DNA of 64,000 nt from the human T2T-CHM13v2.0 reference genome, Homo sapiens (GCF_009914755.1 NC_060928.1), one strand, 5' to 3'. Positions 42,085-60,590 are shown, numbered from the stretch's first letter. The notes: a model not told the origin generated them from the letters alone. Translations and numbers: made by a program.

Positions 42085-43089
42085 CATATTTTTATTCTTA
42101 AAGAACCAGAACTATATGCATCTAGTGTTCCCCAAGTTTTCTTCTTTGTCTTTTAACATTCCAGGAAAACAGATATTGAGTGTTTTGCTGGATCATGCAT
42201 AGTTCCATATCCTTTTGACCCTCTGTTTGCTGTAGCCAGCTTTGATTCTTTGGATTCATGGTCACCCTATAACATATTCACTAATCCACCAATGAAAGGT
42301 TATGTAATGTATAACAATCAACTCAGGGTTTTCTAATGACAATCTTTATCAATGTTCTATAAGCTTGAAAATTAATTTAATAATTTATACCATTGTGCAT
42401 AAAATATAATAAAAACTTTAATTTAATAACGAAATTCATGCATACTTTTACAAACTTATCAGTCATTCAGAAGTAAATGTGGACTTCAGTTTTGTGGGCA
42501 GGGGTTTACAGAAGTATGTTTTACTAAAGTTTGGAGAAAAGATCAGTATAAAAATATGAAATTATACCAATAGCATTATTAGAAATAGTTAAAAGACAAA
42601 GTTTAAGTATTTTCATAATCATATCACTTTTTAAGTGACTAAACTACTAAAGAAACATTTAGTTAACTCTAAAATATTGTTGTAAAATGTCTATGTGTTT
42701 TGAGGAAAAATACTTTTATTCCATCATAAAATTTTCAACTTAGAGAAACAATTTGTTTACTTGAAAAATTATAATATTTTCAAGTAAAAATGGTTATACT
42801 GACAATTTATTAAAACATAAATAAAAGTTCTTCCCACACTTTGACACATGATTAGAAAAAAAAAGGCAGTAAGATTTTCATACAGAATTCTGGGGTTAAG
42901 TAGAATTCACTTGTGTTTGCTGGTCTAAGATGCAATGGAATTTGGAGGCAATGGGGCTGGATTCTATCAAATCAGACACACGGAAGAGGTTATAACGTGA
43001 GAATTTATATTTTTTCATTTTCTCAGCCCACACTTGAAATAACAATTTGCAAGAGTTTTGCTTTGCTCAATATTAGGCCTGATTAGCTA

Positions 43090-43790
43090 AAATGCTCAAA
43101 TTTCCATTCAATCCTTAAAAACAGATCCACACTTAGTCATTCTTCACACCTCTCTCCCTCGCCCTTTCACACCCAAATTGTTAACTTTTTTCTCTATTCT
43201 CACATTTATAGTCTGGTTCAGACTTCCGTGATCTGTCACTTGCTCTTGTGGTTAAATTTCTGAAGTGAAATTCCTATCTCTAATCTCTTCTCCTATGTAT
43301 GTCATCAGACTTGCAATTTTTTCTAAACCCAAAATGTGTTTTCACTAGTCCCCTGTTAAAAAACTGTCAACACATCCACATTGCCCACTGGCTATAGAGT
43401 TCAATTCAAACTAGAGTCATTCACTACTTGGACAACCAGCTTCCCAGCTCCACCTCTGGGTATTCTTTCTCTTGCCTTCAGAATGGTGTTGAGGATATAA
43501 GGTGAATGCAACAGCCATTGCTCTCAGTGAGCTCATAGTCTAAGTGAGGAGACAGATGAGCAGATCATTATAAAACAAATTGGCAAGTGCAATGACAGAA
43601 GTGTGCATAAGTGCTATGGGAACCAAGAGGAAGGATATATAATAAGCCAGGGAAGGAAGAGAAGATTCAGGGAGACTTACTGGAGGATGAATTGCCCTCA
43701 GAAAGTATTGAAGTGTAGGTAACAGTTGGTTAAGAGAAGCAGAAAGAAGGAAAAGGAGACAGCAGCACAGGGTGCCAAAATAAGAAAAGC
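43090..43790. mobile_element. L2 relics (plus strand ~43090-43470, minus strand ~43480-43790)
   Basis: A pyrimidine-rich L2 body, then ggatataaggtgaatgcaacagccattgctctcagtgagctcatagtctaag...aagtgctatgggaacc...agggagacttactggagga. Confidence 0.65.
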
Positions 43791-43798
43791 CTGGGTAA

Positions 43799-44137
43799 TA
43801 CTGCCAAGAGAAATCTACAATTAAATGCAATTCCCATCAAAATACCACCATCATTCTTCACAGAACTAGAAAAAACAATCCTAAAATTCATATGGAACCA
43901 AAAAAGAGCCCACATAGCCAAAGCAAGATTAAGCAAAAAGAAAAATCTGGAGGCATCACATTACCTGCTTTCAAACTATACTATAAGGCCATAGTCACCA
44001 AAACAGCATGGCACTGGTATAAAAATAGGCACACAGACCAATAAAACAGAATAGAGAACCTAGAAATAAACCCAAATGCTAACAGCCAAGTGATCTTTGA
44101 CAAAGCAAATAAAAACATAAAGTGGGGAAAGGACATT
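43799..44137 (+). mobile_element. Isolated internal L1 ORF2 fragment (L1PB-type)
   Basis: aatgcaattcccatcaaaataccaccatcattcttcacagaactagaaaaaacaatcc...aagtggggaaaggaca. No 3' UTR or poly(A). Confidence 0.9.
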
Positions 44138-45299
44138 CGATGTATTGTATGGGTTACATAAGATCGATTAAGTGGAGATGGAAATTTTACAACTTTTTGT
44201 TGTATATTGTAAACTATTTTTAAATATTAGTGGCAAAAAGACTAATATGGATAAATATTCCCAACAATTTGATATTTGATGTCCCAAACTATTGTGAGAT
44301 TGGTTATAATAAAAAATAGCAAACTACCCTGCTGATTTCCCATGAAGCTTAACCCTCTCTCACATTTCAGAACCAGCCTGACTTAAGCCTCTACATACTT
44401 AAACAGCTTCAAATGCCTATCTGAGACAGCTTTGTAATGGGTCTCTGCCCCTGTTTCTCTGTCCACAAGAGGTACTAATTCACTTCTCTTCAGTTGTTAG
44501 ACCTAGGACACAATAGACACCAAGTTACATTTCTGTTAGGTGCATCTTGGAAGTGCCTGAGAACTGACCACTGGGCACCTACCTTTTTACCTAAGTCTCT
44601 GTTAATGTTGGTCTGTTTACCTGTTAGTAGTGGAGCCTGGTGCATAGAATTATCTCCTTGCCATCTGTGTCCCACAACACATATATAACCCCCTGCATGG
44701 CATATGAGGCCTTTCCTGAGAGGGGTGCTTTTAAGCCAACATTCCAGAGACCTAGTTCCCCTGCCCCAGGTGCCTCAGTTTTTACACCTAGGATGCTATT
44801 TTGAATCTTCTCCTCAATGACAAGTATCTGTACTCACTTAGTTTGGGTCCATGCCACATTCCTGAGGCAACTGAAACCCACCTACTCCTTGATGGCCTTC
44901 CAGGATGCTTGTCTGTACTATAGTGGACCTCCCTTCCTGCCTCACGGATGTCCGTGTGTGTGTGTGTATGTTTGGTTTTTACTGGATTCCTGAGGAAGGC
45001 CTTCCACTGAACTTCATTCATGTGCTTTGCTACCTGTTAGAAAATGTAACCTAATGTAAATGTAAACCTCTGGTGCCTCTAGTTTTACTGACTTATGTTA
45101 TATAAATCTTGGTTCCTGGTTCTTTCTGTTGCCCTGTTATGAGATGTATCACTCTAAGCCAAGCCCAAACACTAAGATAACAAGTGCTAAAGATGACGAA
45201 TATTCTGAAGAGTTTTCAGGACACACAGAATTGTTTGTGGCCAGCACCTCAGTACCAATAACAGATATTTCATGTTATATAGTGGGGTCATTAAGGACT

Positions 45300-50247
<4,948 letters not shown>

Positions 50248-52999
50248 AAAATTATTGTCTATAACACCAATATATTATTTTTATTAATGCATTTCTTTTA
50301 ATGTATTGTTATTTGTCATTAATTAAATTAGTAGTTACACTATTAAGCGATCTGTTGTTATAATTAATTAATTAACCTCCCTTTATCAATTAAATTATAA
50401 AGCCCTGAAGGCAACTGAGTAGAGGCCCAATAAGTGATTGCTGAATTGAAATGCTGAACTGAATTATACTTCATTATATAGAAAGCCTCATATATAGGGC
50501 CTCACATATACCCTTACACAAAATATAAGAATCCACTACAAATCACTTCATCGATTAATCAACTGGCTGTACTTTGTAACAAGGTTTGCACAAATAAAAT
50601 ATCTTTCAGGAAAAGTGTAAAATATATTTCATTAATCTGTGAAAATGCAACTGGAAGTTTTGTGGCTTCCTAGTTTGAACTCCGCCCAAGAAGGCAAAAC
50701 CTTTATAGACCCATAGTTTCCCGTCTAGGTACTGCTCTTTCACACATCTCTAAGTCTGACTAGACACATTGTAACATAAGCTGTGGTCACATGACAGGTA
50801 GGTGTCTCAGTAACAGGCAACACCAGTCATGGAAAAACAAAACTAAGTGTCCAAATGAGTGCAGAATCCTGATTGCAGCTCGCATTTACTCTTAAACAAG
50901 AGGCCCTCTTCTTATATTCTCAGGTAAGTGACTCTGTAATAAGAGGATTGTGTAGCATTTACCTAACAGCTTTACTTTAGGACTGTATACTGTCCTTAGA
51001 TATTTTTAAAACTTTTTATATTTCATTTCTAAATAAGAATATTACAAAAAATTTCCTAACATTTATATAACATAATTCTCAAAGTAGATAGAGCCAAATA
51101 ACTGACTTCTGCTAGTTTTTTTTCCAGATATTTGTCTTTTATGTACATGGCCAGAAACCACTTAGAACTTGCATAAAAACAAGTTAAGAAGCAAAATGTC
51201 AGTTAGTTCCTTTCTCTATCCCAGAGCGCACTGTTTCATTAGGAATTTTTCAATAAAAATAATAATGTAGAAGGTGTGATTTTTACAGTTTTCATGTCTT
51301 GATATATAGTGAAATTGAGCAATGTGAGAATAAGTGTGATCTAGAAAAGAAAAATATCTTTCGATTTGAGAACAGATGGTTAATAATAATCATGACAGTG
51401 ATTCAAGGTTAATGACCTACATGCTAAACTTGTTTTAATTTTTAAAAGCCATTACTAACTGAAAACTCCCTGCTTTAGCTGAACCAACACTTAACAAGTG
51501 TTTTTTAAAGATGTCTTGATACCTTCAGAGAAGTTCTCCTGCTGCTAGTTTTCTCTGGAGCAACAGTGGGAAACCCCAGGTGGTTACTCCTTTGTGAATA
51601 TAAGCATCCACATGAAATTGGTTGTTTCCGCATGCACGGGCAAACATGTTTTGTTATACTAATGTCTGAAGTACAAATTGTTGTAGAATCATTTTATTCC
51701 ATAGACTTCCAAGTCTAATTCTAATACTAACTTCCATCAATAGTTAAATTATTATTTATCTTCTATCCAAAGGCTACCTGAAGGTCCTATCACTTTGGTG
51801 TGAGAAGAATCGGGTAAGACAAAAAGTTAGGCTTGCACCAGTTATCAATAGAACATTAAGAAAGATTTTTAAGAAGGAGAATAGCAGTTCCAGGTTCCAC
51901 ATATTTGATACTTTTCACCAGAAAATAGGAAAGACGGATTGGGTCTGCAATGTATTTTCAAAGTCAAACTTCTATTCCTCTATTTAATGTATTTTTACAG
52001 AGATGACTTGAGAAAACACACATTTCTTTTGAATCTTGATGTATATATTTTTGACGGATCAGACACTCTTACTTGAGCTAGGTGATCTCACATCATTATC
52101 TGTTGCTATGTACTATTGTTTCTGTAGCCAAATGAATGGGCCATTGGCAATCAAGCCAAACAAATTTTGCTTTTACACCCGATTTTAGCATTAATCTACA
52201 GACACGGCTTTTCAATAGTAGAAAAGATATCTCCCATTTTAGTCCAAATTTAAGTATAGTTAAAGCTACATTTTGGGAAAAATGTTTTATCATTTTTTTG
52301 TTCACTTGTGGGATGAAAAGTAGGATTAAACAGTCCATTATCTCTACCTTCTCTAACTGCCTTTACTAAAATTTTAAAATATTTCTTTTGAAGAAACAAA
52401 ACATAATATTTGCCATTAAATCTTAAAAGTATGACAACTAAATGGATGCTAAGACAATTGTGTTTCAACTGTGGGCTTATAAACTCTATTGAGAAACTCA
52501 TTTATGATCATGAGTTTTTTCCAGGATGGACATATAAAGATGGATTTTTAAAACACTGGCCTGGAGAATAGGGAGAGAAGAGGTAATAAAAAAGTATTTA
52601 TATTACTTATATGAGACATATCTTTTTATAATATCTATATTTAAAACATTTTAAAGTATAAATATTTCTGTACTATAATACAATATACAGTATTATAGTT
52701 TATGGTCTGTGATTTACGGTAATTACTGTGGGTCATTTTTTCTGAATTAATTTTATAAGTGAACAAGCAAAGTGACCAAGAGAATGATCTATGATCCAGA
52801 AATAACTTTCAATGATAAAAAACCTGAAGTACAACAAAGAAGTCAGAGGCAGGGCTAGACAAAATGGAACTAAATATACTAAGAAGGTGCAGAAAAAGAA
52901 GAGAAGAGTATGTTGTGGCTTAACCCCATATTTCCCCATGGCAGAAGGACAGAAACTAAATCTGAGGGCAACTCAATAGTAGTCAATAATTATCAGCCA

Positions 53000-53160
53000 A
53001 ATCAATGGATGAATAGGTGGATGGATGAATGCATGGATGAATGTTTGTGCCTGGGAACCCTTCTGTCATCATGCATAAGCAGCCTGAGTCTTAGATAATA
53101 CTATATGACATGCTTTCTTCATGTGAATAAACAGACCTAAAGACAGGCACTAGGAGACCC
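53000..53160 (-). repeat. (TGGA/TGAA)n-like repeat next to an L2-like relic
   Basis: atggatgaataggtggatggatgaatgcatggatgaatg. Confidence 0.5.
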
Positions 53161-53534
53161 TGGGACCACAAAGCTCAGATTGTTATAATAAAAGGAGGGA
53201 AACAAAGCTCCCTGTTGAAGAAAATTTTTGCACACTTGATATACAATATTTCTACTAATGAACAGAGAAAGCTTGACTTGAAAGGACACATTTATATTAG
53301 ATGTCATCCCTATCTAGAGGCCATTACTATCAAGCATCTGTCAGGTAAAGGAGATGAGATGCCTGTAATTTTTTCTTTAAATATTGTTTTTTCTAAGTTG
53401 TGTTGGAAATGGGGAGTTGCAAGTTTGTATTTCCATTGCTTAAAAATAGAAAACAGATGAAGAAGGGAGATATCATCAGCAGAACATAGAAGATTTCATA
53501 ATACGGAGGCTAAAACTCTTAAGAAAAAGCAATA

Positions 53535-53640
53535 TTTATTCTAGTGCCCAACCTACCATGAGAAAGTTGTGCGACTTTGGGCAAGTTATTTAATTCCTCT
53601 GGGTCTGAAGATGAGTCTGCACACAAGAGCCTATAATGAT
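53535..53640 (+). mobile_element. MIR core
   Basis: agttgtgcgactttgggcaagttatttaattcctctgggtct. Confidence 0.65.
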
Positions 53641-55352
53641 CCCTTCCAACACCGGGACTGGCGGGTCTGCAGCCACAGTTACATCTGGAAACTCCACTGG
53701 TGCTTTCGGAGCTTCCCAAGAGTATCAGGAATTCAATATGCAGTCATAAAAAATTTTGGGTCATGTTCTCTAAGTACAACACTGCCATGTGTGTGAAGAG
53801 ATATCTTTATTAAAATTTTTCTTAAGTTGTTCCTTCCTAAAGTAGTGAAAGCTGAGCAGATCTTAGAAATTCATTTAGAATTCATATTACTCAATTACAC
53901 TTGACTATAACACTTAAGAATCTAGTTATTTTCCTTTTGTAGTAAAAATATATTTTATTTGAAATATGTGAATGGTTACTTAGTCATTTTAATCTACATG
54001 AAAAATTTAACCTTAAAGTAACTCTATTTTAAAAATATGAAATGAGACTATCAATCGGTACTTATGAAGCAATGTTTATTCTTCTAATATAGTGTGGGAA
54101 GAGAAATGTAAAAGTCTTGCAACACAAAAGGGATTGTTCTCACAAATCATAGGTTTGTGAGATGGGGTGGCAAAATCTCATTGTTTTTAAAGAACCAAGC
54201 TGTTCTTCATGAGCAAGAACACTGAATTCCCTGGTTTTCTTTTTCTAGTCACTATACCCCTGGCATCATAACACTACTGTCAATCAACTGCATCCAGAAG
54301 GTAGAATAAAATGCCAAGTGATACTTTCGGCAGAATTCCAGAGATTCTCAGATGGTTTTTTCTTTTCCCTCTTAAAAACTGTACCATATGAGTTAGGTTT
54401 ATTTTGAAATGTCCATGAAAAAGAAGTCAGATATTTCTTAAAATTGGCCCCTCTTAGATATTTCTGGGGAAGCTTCATATAATTCCATTTGTTCATGTTA
54501 TTCCTTTTCATCATAAATCAGTCCTCTATAAAGAGCTTCAAATTTTCACTGCCTGATGCTACTGTAAAAATATACCTAATATGTTTGATCGAAAGACAGT
54601 AGTCAATATATTTATTAGGAGAAATACTTTATTCACTAATCTTAAGAAATACTAGAGGAAATCCAGTACAATCTGAAGTTAAAACTAATGATTATTAAAT
54701 GAATGTTACCATTTTATTAAAAATTAATAATAGTAATAAAAAACTACAAAGTACTTTCACATTTCCATTTGACTCTCACAATAACTCTGCTTTTACACAT
54801 AAGCATATATACTTACTTACCTGTATACATGTACACATATTATGTATAATAACCCTCTTACTATATGTAAGATTCAGAGAGGGTAAATAACATGAATAAG
54901 ACCACAGGACTCTTAAATTATGTGCTAGTGATTATAATTCCTACATTATTTCTATAGGATCAGCTGGCTTCACTGATATCAAAAGATTATATATAGTTAT
55001 ATAATTTTATAAAGTTCTGCTAACTTAGTGACTTTATATGCATTTTTCAGGAAACTTGCAAAAACAAGAAGGTGAATAAACTTCGAAATGAGAAGAGTTC
55101 ACTAAGCATAATGCATTTATTTTGCATCAGGATTTTTCAACGTTTTAATTTTTAATTAAAAAATTAAACATTTTTAATAGCCGACATACATCTCCAAAAT
55201 TTACTTCTCCAATCTTTCCAAAAGAATTGATGAAAATGTAAACCAAGATTTAGATGTAAGGATGATCATTATAACATTATAAGAAGCAAAAATTACAGAA
55301 AAACATTGTATTCAAAAACAGGTGTTGATGAAGGTATTTACTTTATTCACAA

Positions 55353-55475
55353 GTAAACTGAAACCAGAGAGATCACATGATTTGGTCACAGGCACAGCAA
55401 CAGGTAGGAGCAGATCTGGGATCCAAATCCATGTTAGCTATCTCCAGACATAGATCTCTCTCCACCAAAACACAC
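55353..55475 (-). mobile_element. MIR
   Basis: aaactgaaaccagagagatcacatgatttggtcacaggcacagc...gcagatctgggatccaaatcca. Confidence 0.65.
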
Positions 55476-55851
55476 TTCAGACCACACTCCAACTATGGGA
55501 CCAATGGTTTGCCCCATTGTTTATTGCCTATGGTAATGGGTTTATGTATAATCGTGACTAAAATCATTATCCTTTTAAATTGAAAGAAAGATGGGATGGG
55601 TGGGTAAATAGATTACAGCAGAACCAAGCAGTAGATTGCTATTTTGCCACACATACCAAATATTAGATAATGAACTTCATATTAAATATCTTCTCTAGGT
55701 CTTTATCTTCATCATAGCTCACAATGTTGTATGATGCTCTGGCAGAAACTAAAAACTATGCTTGTAGAATGTCTCATTTATATGACAACAGAACGACTGA
55801 GTGAAATGGAGCTTAATATTAAGTCTGTTAAGAGGTTAGGGACAAGCCAAA

Positions 55852-55892
55852 GACAGAGTGAGACTCTGTCTCAAAAAAAAAAAAAAAAAAAA
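55852..55892 (+). mobile_element. Alu 3'-terminal stub (21 bp) plus A20
   Basis: gacagagtgagactctgtctc followed by 20 A. No TSD found. Confidence 0.85.
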
Positions 55893-56789
55893 GTAACTCA
55901 GAGATAAATAAAAGTAAGTTCTGAGCTGACATCCATAAATGCTTTGTGGCATTAGATGCTGCTAAGAGTGAATTATTTCCATGAAGCCAAGATCAAGCTG
56001 TTGCACAAGCTGTACATTAATTACTTGAAAAAAATTCCCAGTAGGGCAATGTCTAAATATATTTCCATGAGAATAGTATATATATTTGTTATAAAGGTGA
56101 TGATCTAGCCAAGAGGGTGTCTGACCTCCAAAATATATCCACTAATAAAAAAAATCCAAGGAGCATTTGGATAACAGTGGTTAAAAAAAATTGCAAAACA
56201 GATGGACTTCACATTTTGGGCATGACTACACACGTGGCCAGATCAATCCCAGTGATTCTTCCATGCAAATATGTTAGTGTGATTAGTTGATTGTAGGAAA
56301 TGTGGCATTTGCATTACTAATATGTTTTGTTCTTGTCATGGTTGTAAAAACAGTCTTTACTTAGCAAGTATAAATGTTAGCAAGTATAAATATGTTTAAA
56401 CATAAAAAATAAGACTAAACAAGAATAAAAACTGTTTTTAACTATAATTATCAAGTCTACAACCCAAAAGTCTTTTTCCCATCCTTGACACAATAACATT
56501 CAAACATGATTTTTAATGATCTCGTAGTACATTTATTGCTAAATTGTACTCAAAATAATGTTTCATTTTACTTAAGTGGCACAAGCCCCCTGTAGGTATG
56601 ATTACATTCCGCATACTAATTCTTCTTGAGCTCACTGACAGAAGTGACTATGTCTTCTTATAAAATTTCTATACTCCCATGATCTAGCTTAGTTTCAACC
56701 AAATAAACGGCATTCAGTTTATATTTGCTGAAGGGAAGATAATCTCCTTCTAGTTAGCATCTATCCACACACAGTGCTTAATAACAGAT

Positions 56790-57131
56790 TGTATCAGAGT
56801 TTGCTAGTTGTCCACCAAAATCTGTTCTCCCTTCTTTGTCAGGGCATATGGCTATATACTACAATTTTCTGTCTACCTTGAATAAATTGTGGCTGGTATC
56901 CAAAGGAATGAGAAAGGAAATAATGTATGCTACTTCGAAGTGGGTATGGATGCATCCCCTCAGAAGACGGTGGGGCTGCAACTTGGGAGGAGTCTGGGTT
57001 CCTCAATCTCCCTAAGGGAGAAACTCACCCACCTGCCAAAAACACCTACCATGGACTTATGTGAATGAGAATCAACCTCTACTGTGTTTGAGCATTTTAA
57101 TTGACATTCATTTAACACTATTTAATATACA
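56790..57131 (+). mobile_element. MLT1 (J/I-like) MaLR solo LTR
   Basis: tgtatcagagtttgctagttgtccaccaaaatctgttctcccttc...ggagtctgggttcctcaat...ggacttatgtgaatgagaatcaacctctactgtgtttgagc...aatataca. Confidence 0.75.
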
Positions 57132-57164
57132 GATGTTCAGTAGATGTTCACTAAATGAATTAAG

Positions 57165-57512
57165 TTTTTGTAGTTTGATTTTCTGAAGAATTTGAAACAG
57201 ATCAAATGTATAGAGAAGTTTCAAGAACAGTCAAAGAGTCCCTCTATCCACTTCACCCAGAATTCCTAATTATTAACATTTTACCTCATTTGCTCCCTCT
57301 GCCTAACACATGGATGTATTTGTGCGTGTGTGTGTGTGAGTGTGTGTGTGTGTGTGTGTGCGTGTGTGTGCGTATCTTTTTCCAGCACAATGGTGCATTA
57401 ACCCTAAGTACTTCAGTAAGTACCTCTCTAAAGCAAGGATTCTCTTCTACACTAACACTGTAAAACTGTCACAACCAGGAAGTCAACACTGATAGAACAC
57501 TGCCATCCAAGC
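57165..57512 (-). mobile_element. L1MC-type 3' end with embedded (TG)n at 57320-57373
   Basis: ccacttcacccagaattcctaattattaacattttacctcatttgct...ccctaagtacttcagt...aaggattctcttcta...ccaggaagtcaacactgata. Confidence 0.7.
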
Positions 57513-60285
57513 CAGAGGATGATTAAATTATTATGTGCTTATTGGGTGCTCAATTGGGTGTTCAGCATGACAAGTATCATAACCACCATAATCATCCTGG
57601 CTTTCTCTTTCATCCACCATCTCTGTCTCTCTCTCTTTTCCCTCCTACTTCCTAGGCTGCTGGGCACACTGCCATTGACCTCTGCTTGACATCTCCTTCC
57701 TCCCCCTGTCAGCAGCCTTGCTCAGACATCAACCACCAGTGTTTGCATGTCCCCATGGCAAGAACAAGGGGGAAGGGAGTAGGAGGGAAAATTAGTAAGG
57801 ACAAGGGAAGGTGGATGAATGAATTCATTTTTAATATAATGCTACATGAAAAGAAATGCCAGAAAGTAACATTCTGAAAATCACTGGTAAAAGCATCCCC
57901 AAAGTCTACCTGATATGGACATTTAAATTCATTAAAAATTCTGAGTTTAAGAAAACAGCTAAGAGGTTGAGAAATCAGAGTTGGCTGCCCAACTTACAAT
58001 TCTCCTTGCTGACCAGCATCTTTTGGCTGCCTCTCAAAATAACAGGATAAGGCACACAAAACTGAATTCTTCACTTGGATTAAATCTGAATCTTCCTTCT
58101 CTTATTCCTTTGCTTATAAAATATCTTCCTAGGCTTGAGACAGTCTAGAGACCACCTGAGAACACTGAATGTTCCTTTTGAGTATCCAGTAGCATAACTC
58201 ACATTGTCAACAAGGCCTTACTTACGTGTGCTGAACATTTTTATATTTTTGTATCCTTTATCACAAACCAAACACTGCTTAGTTATAAAATATATGTGTA
58301 AGTCAACATAATTTTTTTTGTCAAAGCAAAGATTTTTCTCCAAAATATAGCTACAGAAGAAAAGGGGCTTATAACAAGTGTATAGTACACATTCAGAAAC
58401 ATTTTGTTTCATGGATGTTTCAGTAAATGCTTCATTTCTATGTAGGAGGTATAAGATTCCTGCTAAAAATACATTCCCTTCCCTGAATATTCACAATAGC
58501 TTGCCAAAAATTCTCACAAATGAATAAAGACAGAACTGATTAACTGTATTAAGTGTCCTACTTAATACAATAATAATTCAGGTTTTAAATAATTTCAACA
58601 TCAGTTCATTATATTAATTAATCTCATAAAAACCTCCCAATTAATGTACTATGTATAAATTTTATCAAGTACTTTGATGAATTAAGAGGAAGGTAAAGGT
58701 TTTCATCAATATCTGCAATAATATTATTAAATTGGGCTAAAAGGAACCAAGACAAATGAAGATATATAAGAAAACTAATCATTATTTTAGACTAAAACAG
58801 GAAAAGAACATAGTTATCTAGGACACTGTCTCCTTAGTTTTTAATGTTTCTTCCCCAGATGGGTTTGCACATCTTTTGCCTGAAAAAAGAACTTATTTCC
58901 ACCACACAAGTTACATTAAATACGTCTTTTAGCTCCTAGGGAGCTGAAAGGCAAGTCCAAAATGAACTTTTTTATTCGTTATGTCATGAAACTATAACAC
59001 TGCATTATTAATACACCTCTAATCAATAAAGCCTAAAAATCCATTCCCAAGAGACCCAGATTTCTCTACCAGTTCTAGTTGTACTAGTTATTCTCAGCGG
59101 TAAGTTTTCCTAGTTCTTAATATTAAAATGAGAGGTCCAGAGGCTCTAGGTGGTGGAGGGGTTGCTAGCTAAAAGGAGGGTGTCCTACAGAAAGGGACAG
59201 AGTCTCCATGAGCAATGCTGGATGGTACCTGTGGTCCAGTTCTTGGCACATGGTGAGTGCTGCCTAAGTCTTGGTGCCCTAGACCTGCAGCAGCAATCGG
59301 CGGGGAAAGGACCATGACTTTGGTGACAAAAGTGATGGCAGAAGAGTGGAAAGAGGTATGAGTGATGACTAAGGACAAAGAAACAAGGGTAGAAGGACAA
59401 TTCCAGCAGCAGCCTATCCGAATAACAAAATCCTTATCTCAGGAAAACCATCTCTGCTATGAATACATACACACACATATATTCATCAGGTATCAATTTA
59501 ATTACTGATTGGAACACTGTAAACTTGTTCAAAATAGAGGTTATTATTCAGTATCTTCAGCTGTCCGGATTCACCATTTTATAGCATGCTCTCTGACATT
59601 AGTGAGAATGAATTGTACTCTACATATTTAGGTAATGGTTTGGTATACAGCTGCTATTAACGATTTGTGTGCTATGCAATATTTGTGGTCTCCTGTCACC
59701 CACCTCAGGAGACACAACTGATGTAAGTGAGACAGCTCAGCATATCCTATGGAAAAATCTCTTATTAAATAAAGGTCAATGATTAAGTAGTATAGTCATT
59801 GAATTAATTTGTTTTCCTTAAGAGGAGCTCTCCTCAGGTCAAAATTAAAGTCAGGGATAGATAAGTCTCTCATACGGTTCCCCCAGTGTGAGAGGAGCAA
59901 GCTGTTGGTTTCCTTTGGTGGCTTTTTTCTTGTCTCAGAAGAATAAATTAATAAATTCTGCATAGCTGTGATTTTGTGTGACAAAAATGAAGAACCTGTG
60001 CCTCTGTTTACAAAGCAATGCAATGGGAATCACCTCCCCTGGTGTCTCTTCCCCATCACCACCACTTTGCCCGCTGAAATGTTCTTAACCCCACCCACCA
60101 TAAAAGGTGATGATAAATTGTTGCTTCAAACTCATGCTGATTGAAATTTTCCAGCTATTTTTAAATAACCCCCACTACTGGATTTCTTGCTTCTATGTTA
60201 TATGACAATGCTTCTTTCAGGTGAAAATGTCCTGGAAACAAGTAATTTTTACCTGGCTACCTTTTTTTTTTTTTTTTTTTTTTTT

Positions 60286-60590
60286 ATAAAGAAAGAAGTT
60301 TAATTGACTCACAGTTCTGCATAGCTGAGGAGGCCTCAGGAAACTTACAATCATAGCAGAAGGGGAAGGGGAAGCAAGGCACACCTCACATGGCAGGAGA
60401 AAGAGAGAGCAAAAGGAAGTGCCATGATTTTAAACCATTAGATCTTATGAGAACTCATTCACTATCATGAGAACAGCATGGAGAAACTACCCCCATGATC
60501 CAATCACCTCCCATAAGGTCCCTCCCTCAACACATGGGGGTTACAATTCAAGATGAGATTTGGGTGGGGACACAAAGCCAAACCGTATCA
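60286..60590 (-). mobile_element. THE1 (THE1D-like)/MSTA MaLR LTR, ending at its poly(A) site with U5 absent
   Basis: Reverse complement starts TGATACGGTTTGGCTTTGTGTCCCCACCCAAATCTCATCTTGAATTGTAA and ends GAGTCAATTAAACTTCTTTCTTTAT followed by poly(A). Confidence 0.9.

Noticed and set aside
56361-56391. Tandem duplication ttagcaagtataaat x2 (similar small ones near 15615 and 50485)
   Set aside because: Ordinary slippage micro-duplications with no further structure.
58218-58462. Minus-strand exon or ORF ending at a CAC|GTAAGT donor
   Set aside because: Weak acceptor, AT-rich unrecognisable peptide, and no supporting neighbouring exons.
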